Positions 28,894 through 39,795 of a DNA stretch of 64,000 nucleotides are shown piece after piece. The position numbers and the translations under genes were made by a program. The notes under the pieces were generated by a model. The model ran no database searches and was not told where the DNA came from. It was given only the letters and a program-made list of their open reading frames with translations. Source of the stretch: Bacteroidota bacterium (GTDB lineage: Bacteria; Bacteroidota; Ignavibacteria; UBA10030; UBA6906); assembly GCA_046160825.1 (NCBI GenBank), contig JBJXHC010000038.1, positions 3,697 through 67,696 on the forward strand, given 5' to 3'. Position 1 is the first letter of the stretch, and the number at the start of each line of letters is the position of its first letter.

Positions 28894-31776
28894 ATGAACG
28901 AAGATCGGTTTCAATCGCGACACATTGGTCCCGAGGAATCAGAACAACAGGAAATGTTAGCCGCCATCGGCGTCCGGTCGCTTAATGAATTGATCGACCA
29001 GACAATCCCGCCGTCAATTCGACTGAAGTCGGCTCTGGCGCTGAATGCGCCAATGAGTGAATACGAATATCTGAAATACCTCCGTGCCGTCGCTGGAAAG
29101 AACAAGGTCTTCAAGACGTATATCGGTATGGGATTTTATGACTGCATTATACCACCGGTTATCCAGCGAAACATTCTTGAGAACCCGGGATGGTACACAC
29201 AGTATACACCGTACCAGGCAGAGATCGCGCAGGGACGACTCGAAGCGTTACTGAATTTTCAGACGATGATATGCGACTTGACGAAATTGGATGTCGCAAA
29301 CGCCTCACTCCTTGATGAGGGTACCGCTGCCGCTGAAGCGATGACGATGATTCACGGCATCGTGACAAGGAATACTGGAAAAGAACAGTCTCAAAAATTC
29401 TTCGTATCAGATACATGCTTTCCTTCAACTATTGATGTATTGCGCACCCGCGCCACTCCGCTCGGGATTGAAATCGTCGTTGGCGATCATTTTGCCACAA
29501 CACCGGGGAATGAATTTTTCGGCGCGTTGCTACAGTATCCCTCAAGAGACGGAGAAATCCATGACTACCGCGCGTTCATCGAAACAGCACACGCTAATGG
29601 TTTGCTCGTCGCCATGGCAACCGATTTGCTCAGCCTCGCTTTGCTGACGCCGCCGGGTGAGCTTGGCGCTGATGTCGCGTTGGGTTCAGCACAACGGTTC
29701 GGTGTACCCCTCGGTTATGGTGGTCCGCACGCTGCTTTCTTTGCAACACGTACTGACTTCGTGCGCTATATGCCGGGACGCATTATCGGTGTTTCCATCG
29801 ACGCCCAAGGCGCTCCGGGACTTCGGATGACGTTGCAAACGCGCGAACAGCACATCCGGCGCGAGAAAGCAACATCCAATATTTGTACAGCCCAGGCCTT
29901 ACTCGCAATCATGGCCGGAATGTACGCTGTCTATCACGGCCCCAACGGCATCAGGCGCATTGCGCAACGCGTGCATCAGAATGCAATCACGCTTGCATCG
30001 GCCTTGCACGCTCTTGGATTCCCACAACTGAATGCGGTATTCTTCGATACGCTGAGAATCAAAAGCTCCATCCCAACCTCCCAGCTTGGAAAGCTGGCGG
30101 AATCTGCCGGGATCAACCTCCGCTACGTTGACGACCAGCATGTCTGTATCAGTGTGGATGAGACCACAATGACGGAGGATATCGCGGCCATTGCCGGCGT
30201 GTTCGCAAAAGCAACAGGAAAGACACCAGCCACAAACGGGGCGCGGACTATTCCCGACTTGCCTGCGACCTTCAAACGAACAAGCGACTATCTGATGCAT
30301 CCGGTTTTTACCACGCATCATTCCGAGACGGAGATGATGCGATACATCAAGAGTCTGGAGAACAAAGACCTCTCGTTGACACACTCGATGATCCCGCTCG
30401 GTTCGTGTACGATGAAGCTCAACGCGGCGGCGGAACTTATGCCTATCAGTTGGCCGGAATTTGCTGGCATCCATCCCTTTGTTCCAGTGGAACAAGTGCC
30501 CGGCTACCAGCAGATATTCACAGAGCTTGAGTCAGCCTTATGCACAATCACCGGCTTCGCTGCCGCATCGCTGCAGCCCAACTCAGGTGCCCAGGGCGAG
30601 TATGCCGGACTTATGGTGATTCGTGCCTACCATGAGAGTCGTGGCGAAATGCATCGTAATGTCGCACTCATTCCATCTTCCGCGCACGGGACGAATCCCG
30701 CAAGCGCTGTCATGGCGGGAATGAAGGTCGTCGTCGTAAAATCGGATCAACAGGGAAGTATTGATGTCGCTGACCTCCGTAAGCAGGTCGAAGCCCACGG
30801 GAGCAACCTCGCCGCGTTGATGGTCACCTATCCTTCAACACACGGGATCTTCGAGGAAACCATCCAGGAGATCTGTACACTCGTTCATCACCACGGTGGA
30901 CAAGTGTACATGGACGGAGCGAACCTGAATGCCCAGGTGGGTTTGACAAGTCCGGCAACGATCGGCGCGGACGTGTGTCATATCAATCTTCACAAAACAT
31001 TCAGCATTCCCCACGGCGGTGGCGGGCCGGGGATGGGGCCTATTTGCGTTGCGAAACATCTCGCGGCATTTCTCCCGGGACATCCGGTGATAAAGACCGG
31101 TGGTGAGAAAGCAATCACCGCTGTCGCCTCTGCTCCTTGGGGCAGCGCAAGCATCTTGCTCATCTCATACGGTTATATCAAAATGTTGGGGGCAACAGGA
31201 GTGACGGATTCCACCAGCGCGGCAATACTGAATGCGAACTACCTGAAGAGCCAGCTGAAGCAGCATTACCCCGTATTGTATGTAGGGAAGAATGGACGCT
31301 GCGCGCACGAGTTCATCATCGATCTTCGGAGCTTCAAAGCAAATGCGGGAATTGAAGCCGAGGATGTTGCCAAGCGATTGATGGATTATGGATTCCATGC
31401 ACCCACTGTTTCTTTTCCGGTGGCCGGAACACTCATGATCGAACCGACTGAAAGCGAATCAAAAGCGGAGATGGACCGGTTCGCTGACGCGATGGTTGCT
31501 ATACGCGCCGAAATCCAGGAAGTCCTCGAAGGCAAAGCCGACAAGGCAAACAACGTCCTGAAGAACGCGCCACACACAGCACATGCAGCATTGAGTGAAG
31601 TCTGGGACCATCCCTATACACGCTACAAAGCGGTGTATCCGTTGCCATATCTCCGTCGGAGCAAATTCTGGCCGAGTGTCGGGCGCATCAGCAATTCCTA
31701 TGGCGATCGAAATATTATGTGCGTGTGTCCTCCCATTGAGGCGTATGCGGAGGAAACCACCGAGCCTGTGCGATGA
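28894..31776 (+). CDS. gcvP: Glycine dehydrogenase (decarboxylating), single-chain P-protein
   Basis: It is 960 aa. The N-terminus FQSRHIGP and a PLP-lysine region ([19 protein letters not shown]) are present. Confidence 0.95.
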   Translation: MNEDRFQSRHIGPEESEQQEMLAAIGVRSLNELIDQTIPPSIRLKSALALNAPMSEYEYLKYLRAVAGKNKVFKTYIGMGFYDCIIPPVIQRNILENPGWYTQYTPYQAEIAQGRLEALLNFQTMICDLTKLDVANASLLDEGTAAAEAMTMIHGIVTRNTGKEQSQKFFVSDTCFPSTIDVLRTRATPLGIEIVVGDHFATTPGNEFFGALLQYPSRDGEIHDYRAFIETAHANGLLVAMATDLLSLALLTPPGELGADVALGSAQRFGVPLGYGGPHAAFFATRTDFVRYMPGRIIGVSIDAQGAPGLRMTLQTREQHIRREKATSNICTAQALLAIMAGMYAVYHGPNGIRRIAQRVHQNAITLASALHALGFPQLNAVFFDTLRIKSSIPTSQLGKLAESAGINLRYVDDQHVCISVDETTMTEDIAAIAGVFAKATGKTPATNGARTIPDLPATFKRTSDYLMHPVFTTHHSETEMMRYIKSLENKDLSLTHSMIPLGSCTMKLNAAAELMPISWPEFAGIHPFVPVEQVPGYQQIFTELESALCTITGFAAASLQPNSGAQGEYAGLMVIRAYHESRGEMHRNVALIPSSAHGTNPASAVMAGMKVVVVKSDQQGSIDVADLRKQVEAHGSNLAALMVTYPSTHGIFEETIQEICTLVHHHGGQVYMDGANLNAQVGLTSPATIGADVCHINLHKTFSIPHGGGGPGMGPICVAKHLAAFLPGHPVIKTGGEKAITAVASAPWGSASILLISYGYIKMLGATGVTDSTSAAILNANYLKSQLKQHYPVLYVGKNGRCAHEFIIDLRSFKANAGIEAEDVAKRLMDYGFHAPTVSFPVAGTLMIEPTESESKAEMDRFADAMVAIRAEIQEVLEGKADKANNVLKNAPHTAHAALSEVWDHPYTRYKAVYPLPYLRRSKFWPSVGRISNSYGDRNIMCVCPPIEAYAEETTEPVR

Positions 31777-31833
31777 CGCCAAGCTCCATGGCAGTGTAGC
31801 AGGGCCAAATGTTTTTATTTTTCACGGAGAACA

Positions 31834-33165
31834 ATGTCGTTTCTGAAGTATGTCGCGTCCATTCTTGCGCTTCTGACTGTTTCATCTCCCCTCATCTCAC
31901 AACCCGCGGATTCCATTTCAACAATAGCCTACCCGTTCGGCGTTATTGATACAATCATTATTGCCGGGAACCAAAAGACAAAAAGTTACGTCATCCTTGA
32001 TGAGATGACACTCCACCCCGGAGATACAGCCACATGGGAGGCAATGGAGTTCGATAAGAATCGAATTTACAGCCTCCAATTATTTAACCGGGTCGAGATG
32101 TTTTATGACAGCCTGCAAGGACTCCGTTTTCTGTATGTCGAAGTCCACGAACGATGGTATTTGATTCCGGTTCCCCTTTTTGGATTCCGTGATGGTGACC
32201 CGAAGCGTCCGTATTATGGGGGCGGGCTGTTACACAACAACTTTGCAGGGAAGAATCAGAGACTCTTTGGATCGATTGTCTTCGGTCATAACCCGTCACT
32301 CAATCTATCTTTCTCCGACCCGCTACTTGATCGTCCGATGAATCTCTATTTTTCCGGATCGGCTTCATATTCCCGGATCCGCAATAAGAGCAAGGCCGCT
32401 TCCGCAGTCACAGGCGATTTCGATGAATTGCACTATGACGTTAACGCAACGATCGGGAGACGCTTTTCGCTCTATGAAACCGCAGGGATCAATATCGGCT
32501 ATCAGATTGTGAAGATCGATGAGTACCGGCCGGGGCGGACGATTTCACCCGGCGGCAAGGACAACTACATCTATGCCCAGGTCAACTACTCGTATGATAC
32601 ACGTGATCTGCGCGAGTATCCATCCAGGGGAAATTCCTTCTCGGTGTATGCCCGGAAGTACGGGCTTGGAACATCCAAGTTGGATTTTGCTCGCTTCGGC
32701 ACGGACATCCGCACGTACAGGCCGTTACCGTTTGACCTCACATTCGCCGCGCGTGTTCATGGTGTCCTCACTTCCGGTGGTGCCACGCCGACGTATCAGC
32801 ATCTCTTCTTTGGATATGGGGAACGGATTCGTGGTTACTTTAAGACCGTATTCGAGGGGGAGAATATGCTCGGCTCGGTTGTTGAGTTACGGTATCCTTT
32901 GCTCAAGCCGCGGATGATTCACTTCACCGCTCTCCCGATCCCCGCGGAATTCGCGGTATGGCGCTTCGGCATAAGCCTGGCAATTTTTGCGGAGACGGGA
33001 ACGACCTGGTTTCGCGGACAAAAAGTCCAACTCGAGTCATTTCATTCGGGGTATGGTGGCGGATTGGATTTCCTTCTTCCCTACAGCGTCGTCATCCGTA
33101 CCCACTACGCGTTCAGTGACTACGGCGACGGACAATTTGTGCTCGACCTGCGCGGGGCATTCTGA
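31834..33165 (+). CDS. Short Omp85-family outer membrane protein (one POTRA-like segment plus a beta-barrel)
   Basis: It has a signal peptide and a POTRA-like stretch IIIAGNQKTKSYVILDEM. The C-terminal barrel ends in an aromatic residue (DLRGAF). It is 443 aa. Confidence 0.65.
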   Translation: MSFLKYVASILALLTVSSPLISQPADSISTIAYPFGVIDTIIIAGNQKTKSYVILDEMTLHPGDTATWEAMEFDKNRIYSLQLFNRVEMFYDSLQGLRFLYVEVHERWYLIPVPLFGFRDGDPKRPYYGGGLLHNNFAGKNQRLFGSIVFGHNPSLNLSFSDPLLDRPMNLYFSGSASYSRIRNKSKAASAVTGDFDELHYDVNATIGRRFSLYETAGINIGYQIVKIDEYRPGRTISPGGKDNYIYAQVNYSYDTRDLREYPSRGNSFSVYARKYGLGTSKLDFARFGTDIRTYRPLPFDLTFAARVHGVLTSGGATPTYQHLFFGYGERIRGYFKTVFEGENMLGSVVELRYPLLKPRMIHFTALPIPAEFAVWRFGISLAIFAETGTTWFRGQKVQLESFHSGYGGGLDFLLPYSVVIRTHYAFSDYGDGQFVLDLRGAF

Positions 33166-33167
33166 GG

Positions 33168-33875
33168 ATGGAATATTTCTACACTCCACCCGGGAATGTT
33201 TCCACTTCATCGCTCGTTATTGTGGACGAAGAGTTCAATCACCTGACACACGTCATGCGGAAGAAAGTCGGCGATCGTACGACCGTTGTGGACGGTATTG
33301 GGCACGCGTACGAGGTGACACTTGAAACTATCGGCAAGCACACAGCAACCTGCGACATCCATTCCGTCCGGAACCGGCTAAATGAACCGGATGTTAATCT
33401 CATATTGGCTGTGGCCATTCTGAAGCATACGGCGAATTATGATTTCCTTGTTGAAAAATGCACGGAGCTTGGGGTAAACAAGATCATTCCCATGACGACA
33501 CAACGAACAATCACACAACACGCACGTACGGACCGGTGGCAAAAGCTTGCTCTTGCAGCAATGAAACAGTCCGGTCGCTGTGTGCTACCGCGGATAGAAA
33601 GCCTTGTGACATTTGATGAAGTGTTGCAACACGCTGCTGTCGATACACTCAAACTCATACCTCACGAACAAATTTCCACCCCTCACCTTGCCAATATTGC
33701 CCGATCCAACACCAGCAACATTCTGATTTGTATTGGCCCTGAGGGTGGATTTACCGAAGTGGAGATACTGAATGCCACAGCAGCCGGATTTCAGCCAGTC
33801 AGCCTTGGGCGGCGCCGACTTCGGACAGAAACCGCGGCAATAACCGCAGCGAGTATGACGACGAGCGCATCTTAA
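33168..33875 (+). CDS. rsmE: 16S rRNA (uracil1498-N3)-methyltransferase
   Basis: It has the RsmE/DUF558 fold and CIGPEGGFT at the C-terminus. Confidence 0.8.
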   Translation: MEYFYTPPGNVSTSSLVIVDEEFNHLTHVMRKKVGDRTTVVDGIGHAYEVTLETIGKHTATCDIHSVRNRLNEPDVNLILAVAILKHTANYDFLVEKCTELGVNKIIPMTTQRTITQHARTDRWQKLALAAMKQSGRCVLPRIESLVTFDEVLQHAAVDTLKLIPHEQISTPHLANIARSNTSNILICIGPEGGFTEVEILNATAAGFQPVSLGRRRLRTETAAITAASMTTSAS

Positions 33876-34041
33876 TAGGATTGAGTTGCAGCGGTTTTAT
33901 TTTTTCGATGGAACACCGGCGGGAGGTCCTTTCAGACTTGATATTTCAATACATAAAGGGCGGGATGATAGCGTTGCAGAGCATTTCTGTCTCGAGTGTT
34001 AAAGACACCGAGATGAGGTCTGACGGAAAACGGTTGTAAGA

Positions 34042-34674
34042 TTATTCCTTCTTCATCGTTTTTCCCACCACCTCCATCATTTCTTCCAGCATCATTTTGC
34101 TGGTCTTGAGCAACGATTCCACTTCTTCCGATTTCCACCCGACGAATTCCGGATCTTCCAATCCGTTCAGGTTGATGCGCACATTCAACGCGGCGCCTTC
34201 GCAAGCAGCATTGAACATAAGCGCGCTTACCCCGGCATCGCTGATGGAGTTGACATTGCCGTTGGCCGCAACCTCTTGTGCGAGGGCCATTCCGTCAATG
34301 CAATGTTTCATCACTTCGAGCGGAACGAGGGTTGCTTCCTTGGTTGCCTCCCGGACTGCAGCGGCGCGCAATGCCTTCTGCGATTCATTGTCCTTGGGAA
34401 GAGTGTACGCCTCCATTACTTTATTGAAGGCATCCGTGTCCTTGTCGATGAGCGCCGTGAACGTGGTGCGCAGTATCTCGGATTGTGCCAGCACCTTCTT
34501 CATGTCGTCCTCTACATCGGCGTATTTCTTCTTGCCGATGGTGAGGTGGCACACCATGGACGTAAGAGCGGAAGCAAGTGCGCCCGAAAGAGCTGCAACA
34601 CTCCCCCCTCCGGGTGCCGGAGAGTTGGACGCAAGTTCACTGAGAAATGAAGAGACCGTTTTGTTGACAAGCAT
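34042..34674 (-). CDS. Formiminotetrahydrofolate cyclodeaminase (FTCD C-terminal-domain family)
   Basis: SPAPGGGSVAALSGALASALTSMV is the cyclodeaminase/cyclohydrolase signature. Confidence 0.8.
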   Translation of the reverse strand: MLVNKTVSSFLSELASNSPAPGGGSVAALSGALASALTSMVCHLTIGKKKYADVEDDMKKVLAQSEILRTTFTALIDKDTDAFNKVMEAYTLPKDNESQKALRAAAVREATKEATLVPLEVMKHCIDGMALAQEVAANGNVNSISDAGVSALMFNAACEGAALNVRINLNGLEDPEFVGWKSEEVESLLKTSKMMLEEMMEVVGKTMKKE

Positions 34675-34682
34675 GGCGAGTC

Positions 34683-35705
34683 CTAAAGTTGGTATTCGAT
34701 GACTTTCTTTTTGGGGTCAAATGTTTCAAGCTGGCTTAGTCCGAGGTTATCAATCGCTGCCTTCATCAATCCTTCGTCGGAAGAAGCCGAGGGATCATAA
34801 AATTTGCCGGCCATAAGCAGGGCCTCTTTCGGGGTGAGTCCGACGATCTCGCTTCCCGTTACAGTGACACCGAGCGTGGCCGCTTGCTTCTTCACTTCTT
34901 CGAACACCGCGTGAGGCGGAGTCACGAGGTAGTTTACCACATTGATGGAAACCTGCGCAATATTGTGCGCGTCCAGTAACACGCCCATCGCCTTTATTGC
35001 CTTCAGTGTTCCGGGAATATTCACTTTCTGTCCCCGTGCATCCAGCACCGGATTACCGGAAGCGTCCTTTTTCACTCTGCCACTTTCGCGTATCGTGAGT
35101 GCGATCTCTTGTGCGATCTTGGAATCTGCGGTAGCGAGATTGACATTGTAGGCGATCAGGAACATACGCGCTCCAGTCACGGTGCCACCGGATTTCGGGT
35201 TGAACACTGTCGGGCCATAATCCGGCACCCAGGCAGGATCCTGAAGCTTCTCAGCAAGTCCCTCGTACTCTCCCTTTCTGATGGTGGAGAGGTTCCGGCG
35301 TTCGGGGCGTGTTGCCGCTTCTTCATACAGGTAGATGGGGATGTTCAGTTCTGCGCCGGCGCGCTTGCCAAACCGATGAGCAAGTTGTACACACTCTTGC
35401 ATCGTCACGCCGGAGACCGGGATGAAGGGCACGACATCCGTTGCACCCAGTCGCGGGTGTTCTCCCTTCTGTTCCGTCATATCAATAAGTTCGCACGCTT
35501 TTCGGGTTGCCGCAAACGCAGCTTCAACAACCGCATCCGGTTCACCGACGAAAGTCACCACGGTGCGATTATAGTCCTTGTCCGGCTCGGCGCTGATGAA
35601 CTTCACGCCGGACACGGCGCTGATCGCTCCTCCGATTGCGTTGATCGTCTTGATATTCCGTCCCTCACTGAAGTTGGGGACACATTCCACTATCCGGGTC
35701 ATCAC
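34683..35705 (-). CDS. ftcD: Glutamate formimidoyltransferase
   Basis: ECVPNFSEGRN at the N-terminus and the FT N- and C-subdomains are present. Confidence 0.85.
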   Translation of the reverse strand: MMTRIVECVPNFSEGRNIKTINAIGGAISAVSGVKFISAEPDKDYNRTVVTFVGEPDAVVEAAFAATRKACELIDMTEQKGEHPRLGATDVVPFIPVSGVTMQECVQLAHRFGKRAGAELNIPIYLYEEAATRPERRNLSTIRKGEYEGLAEKLQDPAWVPDYGPTVFNPKSGGTVTGARMFLIAYNVNLATADSKIAQEIALTIRESGRVKKDASGNPVLDARGQKVNIPGTLKAIKAMGVLLDAHNIAQVSINVVNYLVTPPHAVFEEVKKQAATLGVTVTGSEIVGLTPKEALLMAGKFYDPSASSDEGLMKAAIDNLGLSQLETFDPKKKVIEYQL

Positions 35706-35720
35706 TATTCCGCTGGATAT

Positions 35721-36965
35721 TTAGAATTCGAGGATGGTGCCATTTTTCACAACGGTATTAATATGGTTCATACCAAAATGATATGCGAGAAACGTGTAGT
35801 CCGGAATGTGCGCGATAACCATATCGGCATTTTTTCCGACCTCGATACTTCCCACGCTTGTGGACATATCCAGAGCGGCGGCGGCATTCAATGTTGATGC
35901 GGTGATTGCTTCCTCGGGCGTCATCTTCATTTGTGTACAGGCAATTGTCATCATCAGCGGCATGGAGAACGACATACATGAGCCGGGATTGAAATCGCTC
36001 GCGATGGCCACAGGAACATCACCGTCAATTAACGACCGGGCCGGCGCGTATCCATGACTCAGAAAGAACGACACTCCCGGAAGCAATGTCGCCACAACAC
36101 CAGTGTCTCTTAGCGCGGCAATACCCTCCGGGGTCACATGTTCAAGATGATCCGCCGATGCAGCACCAACCCGCGCCGCAAGTTGAGCGCCTCCAAGGGA
36201 GGTCAGCTCTTCAGCATGAACCTTTACTCCCATCCCTTGCTGTTTTGCTGCATTCAGTATACGTTCCGAATCTTCGATCTCAAAGTACCCCTTCTCACAA
36301 AACACATCGGCAAATGTTGCCAGCTTCTTCCGACCGACATATGGTATCATTTCTTCGATCACCAATCGAACATACTCCGCCTTATTCTGCTTGTATTCGG
36401 GTGGAACCGCATGCGCGCCAATAAATGTCGGCACAACGGTCATCATCTCCTCCGTCTTGAGTTCATTGATCGCCTCAAGCATCTTGATCTCGGAGTCCAT
36501 ACTCAATCCGTAACCCGATTTTATTTCCACCGTTGTTGTGCCGTGTTTCATCATATCGGTCATGTATCGCGCAGTGGAACGCTTCAGTTCTTTCTTGCTT
36601 GCCGCCCGAACGTGCGAGAGGGTATTGAGAATCCCGCCCCCCTGCTCGGCAATCTGCTGGTATGTCGCTCCTTGTGCGCGCAAAGCAAACTCGTGTGCGC
36701 GGTTTCCGGCAAACATCATGTGTGTATGTGAATCCACAAACCCGGGAAATACGACTTTGCCTGCGGCATCAATCTCAGGCGTATCTTCACTCAAGGGCTC
36801 TGTGAAAGCATTCATTTCACCAACCCAGGCAATCTTCCCATTCAGACACAGTACGCCGGCATTACGAATGATTCCAAGGTCGCTCATCGCGCGACCAGTC
36901 TTCACGCGTTTCCCCCCGGATGCCACGGTCACCAATTGGGAAATGTTCTTGATGAAGAGTTTCAA
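35721..36965 (-). CDS. hutI: Imidazolonepropionase
   Basis: It is an amidohydrolase carrying FVDSHTHMMFAGNRA and HAEEL motifs. Confidence 0.9.
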   Translation of the reverse strand: MKLFIKNISQLVTVASGGKRVKTGRAMSDLGIIRNAGVLCLNGKIAWVGEMNAFTEPLSEDTPEIDAAGKVVFPGFVDSHTHMMFAGNRAHEFALRAQGATYQQIAEQGGGILNTLSHVRAASKKELKRSTARYMTDMMKHGTTTVEIKSGYGLSMDSEIKMLEAINELKTEEMMTVVPTFIGAHAVPPEYKQNKAEYVRLVIEEMIPYVGRKKLATFADVFCEKGYFEIEDSERILNAAKQQGMGVKVHAEELTSLGGAQLAARVGAASADHLEHVTPEGIAALRDTGVVATLLPGVSFFLSHGYAPARSLIDGDVPVAIASDFNPGSCMSFSMPLMMTIACTQMKMTPEEAITASTLNAAAALDMSTSVGSIEVGKNADMVIAHIPDYTFLAYHFGMNHINTVVKNGTILEF

Positions 36966-37072
36966 CGTGCCTTAATCAGTCGGAAGTGAATATCCAAACA
37001 GTTGAGTTTGGAGCGATACAGCGCGATGGAAAGATACGAAAAGGGGTCGGTAACCGCAAACAGATGAAAAGC

Positions 37073-38227
37073 TTACGGGGAGACCACAAGTTGCTTTTGG
37101 ATGGCAGGTGACAGTGTGGGGAGGTTGTTGTTCGAGCGCGTCAACTCAACATACTTGCCATAAAATTCCATTGGACCGAGAGCAATGGTAGCAGCGAGAG
37201 CAGGACGGCCAAGGGTGATATCAATTTGCCGCGCGATGAATAATCCGGTGATGGCTCCGTAACTGTCCCAGTATTCCGATGTATTGGATGCACGGATGAT
37301 CTCACCAGCGCGACGTGGCGAGGTTCGAGGAGAGAGCAGATCGGACGCATTCTTATTGAACTCATCGAACGACGCGTTGATGCGCTGATCCCAATCCTGC
37401 GGCAAATATCCACGCGAGCGTTGCTCGAATGAAAGATAGTGCGCGATACCTTCATTGTGGGTGAGTTCAAGAAGCCGGTCAAGGTATGTTTGACGTGAAG
37501 CGAAGTATTCCTGCCACACAGCAGATGAGTCCTGATACACGCCGAGCGTTGCATGAAAGACTTCGTGCGCAACCACGGCGAGGGTGCCGATAAATCGTTC
37601 GTCCAAATTCCGCCCGTAGTTCACGGCTTTGGCGAGGTTCACCACAATAGTCAGTTCACCTTCCCCTTCACCAACGAAGACCGGTACGTCTCCACGCCAG
37701 ACAACACGACGAACGAACGCGTCAATGTTGCCGTGGCCAAACGCGACAAAGAAGACCGGAATCGACGTGGAGATTTCAGTATTGACGGGGAACAACTGCT
37801 CCACCGTCCCCACAACACGACGGCCAAAATTCCTGCGCTTGATTTCATCCAACAATTCCCTCATCGCGAGTGCCTGGATTCTCGCCTCTCCCATTCCGTA
37901 GACATCCCCTTCGGAGCGTTGACCAAATTTCGCATCCGTGAGATTCTGGACAAGATGATCCATGCCGAACGTCTTCTGTGCAAGGAGTTCCGCCGTTGCC
38001 AAAGCGACCATACTGCCTCTGAGCGTCGCCACATCCTCCGGTCTGCCTGAACGTCCTTCGTACAACTCCACAGTCTTTTCTGCGGACTCCATATTAAGAG
38101 AAAGCCTGACATCAAAGTTCGAGTTGGTCTGAGCATAGACGGCAGGAGAAAAAAAGAATAAATACCCGGACATCACCCACATAACCCCGTCACTCCATCT
38201 CTCCAATACTCCGTGGCTCCCATTCAT
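37073..38227 (-). CDS. Secreted hypothetical protein with an HExxH motif (DUF2268-like putative zinc peptidase)
   Basis: It has a signal-like N-terminus (a possible start at the MWVMSGYLFFFSPAVYA Met) and VVAHEVFHATLGVYQ. It is inserted between hutI and the PP2C gene. Confidence 0.5.
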   Translation of the reverse strand: MNGSHGVLERWSDGVMWVMSGYLFFFSPAVYAQTNSNFDVRLSLNMESAEKTVELYEGRSGRPEDVATLRGSMVALATAELLAQKTFGMDHLVQNLTDAKFGQRSEGDVYGMGEARIQALAMRELLDEIKRRNFGRRVVGTVEQLFPVNTEISTSIPVFFVAFGHGNIDAFVRRVVWRGDVPVFVGEGEGELTIVVNLAKAVNYGRNLDERFIGTLAVVAHEVFHATLGVYQDSSAVWQEYFASRQTYLDRLLELTHNEGIAHYLSFEQRSRGYLPQDWDQRINASFDEFNKNASDLLSPRTSPRRAGEIIRASNTSEYWDSYGAITGLFIARQIDITLGRPALAATIALGPMEFYGKYVELTRSNNNLPTLSPAIQKQLVVSP

Positions 38228-38231
38228 TCCA

Positions 38232-39593
38232 TCACTCCGTTTTCACCACTACCATGGTCATATCATCGTGTTGTTCAGCCTGACCGACGAATACCTGGAC
38301 TTCCTTCGTGATCGCTTCAAGTATCTGGCTGGCCGAAAGAGTCGAGACCGGAAGCTGCTTTACAAACTCATCGAGTCGCTCGGATCCGTATTGTTCATCT
38401 TTGATATTCATCGCCTCAGTGAATCCATCCGTCATGAGGAGTAAGATGCTTCCCGGTGTGAGTTGTATTGAACGTTCCTGATACGTCGCCTCCTCGGTCA
38501 TACCAAGAGGGAATGTTGCGCCGTTGGCATTGAGCCACTCAACTGCTCCATCCCGACAGAGCAACGGTTTGATCTGTCCAGCATTTGCAAACGTGAACGA
38601 CTTTGCAGCAACATCAATCACTCCCAGGAGGAACGTCACAAAATGGCCGCGGCGTGAATACTTGTACACCGATTTGTTCAAGTGCGTGAGGATTTCAGCG
38701 GGCGACGATGCTTGTCGGGACTCACTGACAAACGCACCCGTGGTGAACACCGCCGACATTGCAGCGTGCATTCCCTTACCCGACACATCAAAAGTACTGA
38801 TGCCAAAGAGAGATGTGCTATTATTGAGATACGAATAATCAAAATGATCGCCGCCCACCACCTTCGCTGGAAGCGACTGTCCCGCAATATCAAACCCGGA
38901 GACCGGGGGGCATTGTGCAGGCATCAAGGAGACCTGCACATCGTGGGCGAGTTTGAGTTCTGTTTGCAGAGTCTCGCGCTCGCCGCGTTCACGCGACACC
39001 ACCCAACTGAGCAGATTGACTGCACCGAGCACAAGACATCCTGCCACAATCAGAGCCATCAGACCAGTCCCTATCTCAAGATAGGCCACAATGAGACCAA
39101 GGGTTATGAGCGTGTAGCTGATCGCAACAAGACGCTTTCTGTCATCGGGAAAGTCGGCGTAGATTTCATCGGTCCAGAGAAGCGAGAAAAGGAAAGCATC
39201 CCAAAGCTTTGTCTGCCCACCGGATGATTCCATCTTTCGTCGGTATACCTCTTTCTTCTCCAGCGCAATCACGGTTATTCTCTCCCACATGAAATAGAGA
39301 ATACCGGCTATTACAAGATCAAATCCGAACCGCGACCAGTTGTCGCTGCTTACGCCCTCCGCAATCGCGCCGAGAATTTCCAACGCAATAAGTACCTTTA
39401 TGATCGTGAGGATGATCTTTCTGAGCTTGATCGGATCAATGAATGGGGGATTGTTCAGCCGCTGGCCCACCGTACCCGCTGATTGCCGCTGCCACGATTG
39501 CTTTGCATCAGAAACCACTCCTTGCACCGAGGATTGAATGTCCTCAGCTTCCTTCCTGAAATATGTCCCTACACCGGCAAGAGTTTTTTTCAT
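38232..39593 (-). CDS. Membrane-anchored PP2C-family serine phosphatase (SpoIIE/RsbU-like)
   Basis: About five N-terminal TM helices are followed by a PP2C domain (VVGGDHFDYSY, DVSGKGMHAAM, LLLMTDGFTEAMN). Confidence 0.8.
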   Translation of the reverse strand: MKKTLAGVGTYFRKEAEDIQSSVQGVVSDAKQSWQRQSAGTVGQRLNNPPFIDPIKLRKIILTIIKVLIALEILGAIAEGVSSDNWSRFGFDLVIAGILYFMWERITVIALEKKEVYRRKMESSGGQTKLWDAFLFSLLWTDEIYADFPDDRKRLVAISYTLITLGLIVAYLEIGTGLMALIVAGCLVLGAVNLLSWVVSRERGERETLQTELKLAHDVQVSLMPAQCPPVSGFDIAGQSLPAKVVGGDHFDYSYLNNSTSLFGISTFDVSGKGMHAAMSAVFTTGAFVSESRQASSPAEILTHLNKSVYKYSRRGHFVTFLLGVIDVAAKSFTFANAGQIKPLLCRDGAVEWLNANGATFPLGMTEEATYQERSIQLTPGSILLLMTDGFTEAMNIKDEQYGSERLDEFVKQLPVSTLSASQILEAITKEVQVFVGQAEQHDDMTMVVVKTE

Positions 39594-39795
39594 CGTTGCT
39601 CATCACTTTCGATTGCATTCTGTCGTTCAAAACCCTGACATTCCAACACAGGCAGACGCGGATACTTGGTGAAGCGTGCGTCCGTCTGGGAGAGAGTACA
39701 TAGATAGAATGTACTCCCCCTGGGATTTATGATGATATCAACATATCGGCACACGCGGCATAGCCCAATATTGTCTGAGAATAAAGTTGTTGCCA

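Noticed and set aside
39690-39716. A hairpin (GAGTACAT...ATGTACTC) downstream of hutU as an intrinsic terminator.
   Set aside because: No U-tract follows on the minus strand, so it may be a Rho-dependent or processing site. It is mentioned only within the hut finding.
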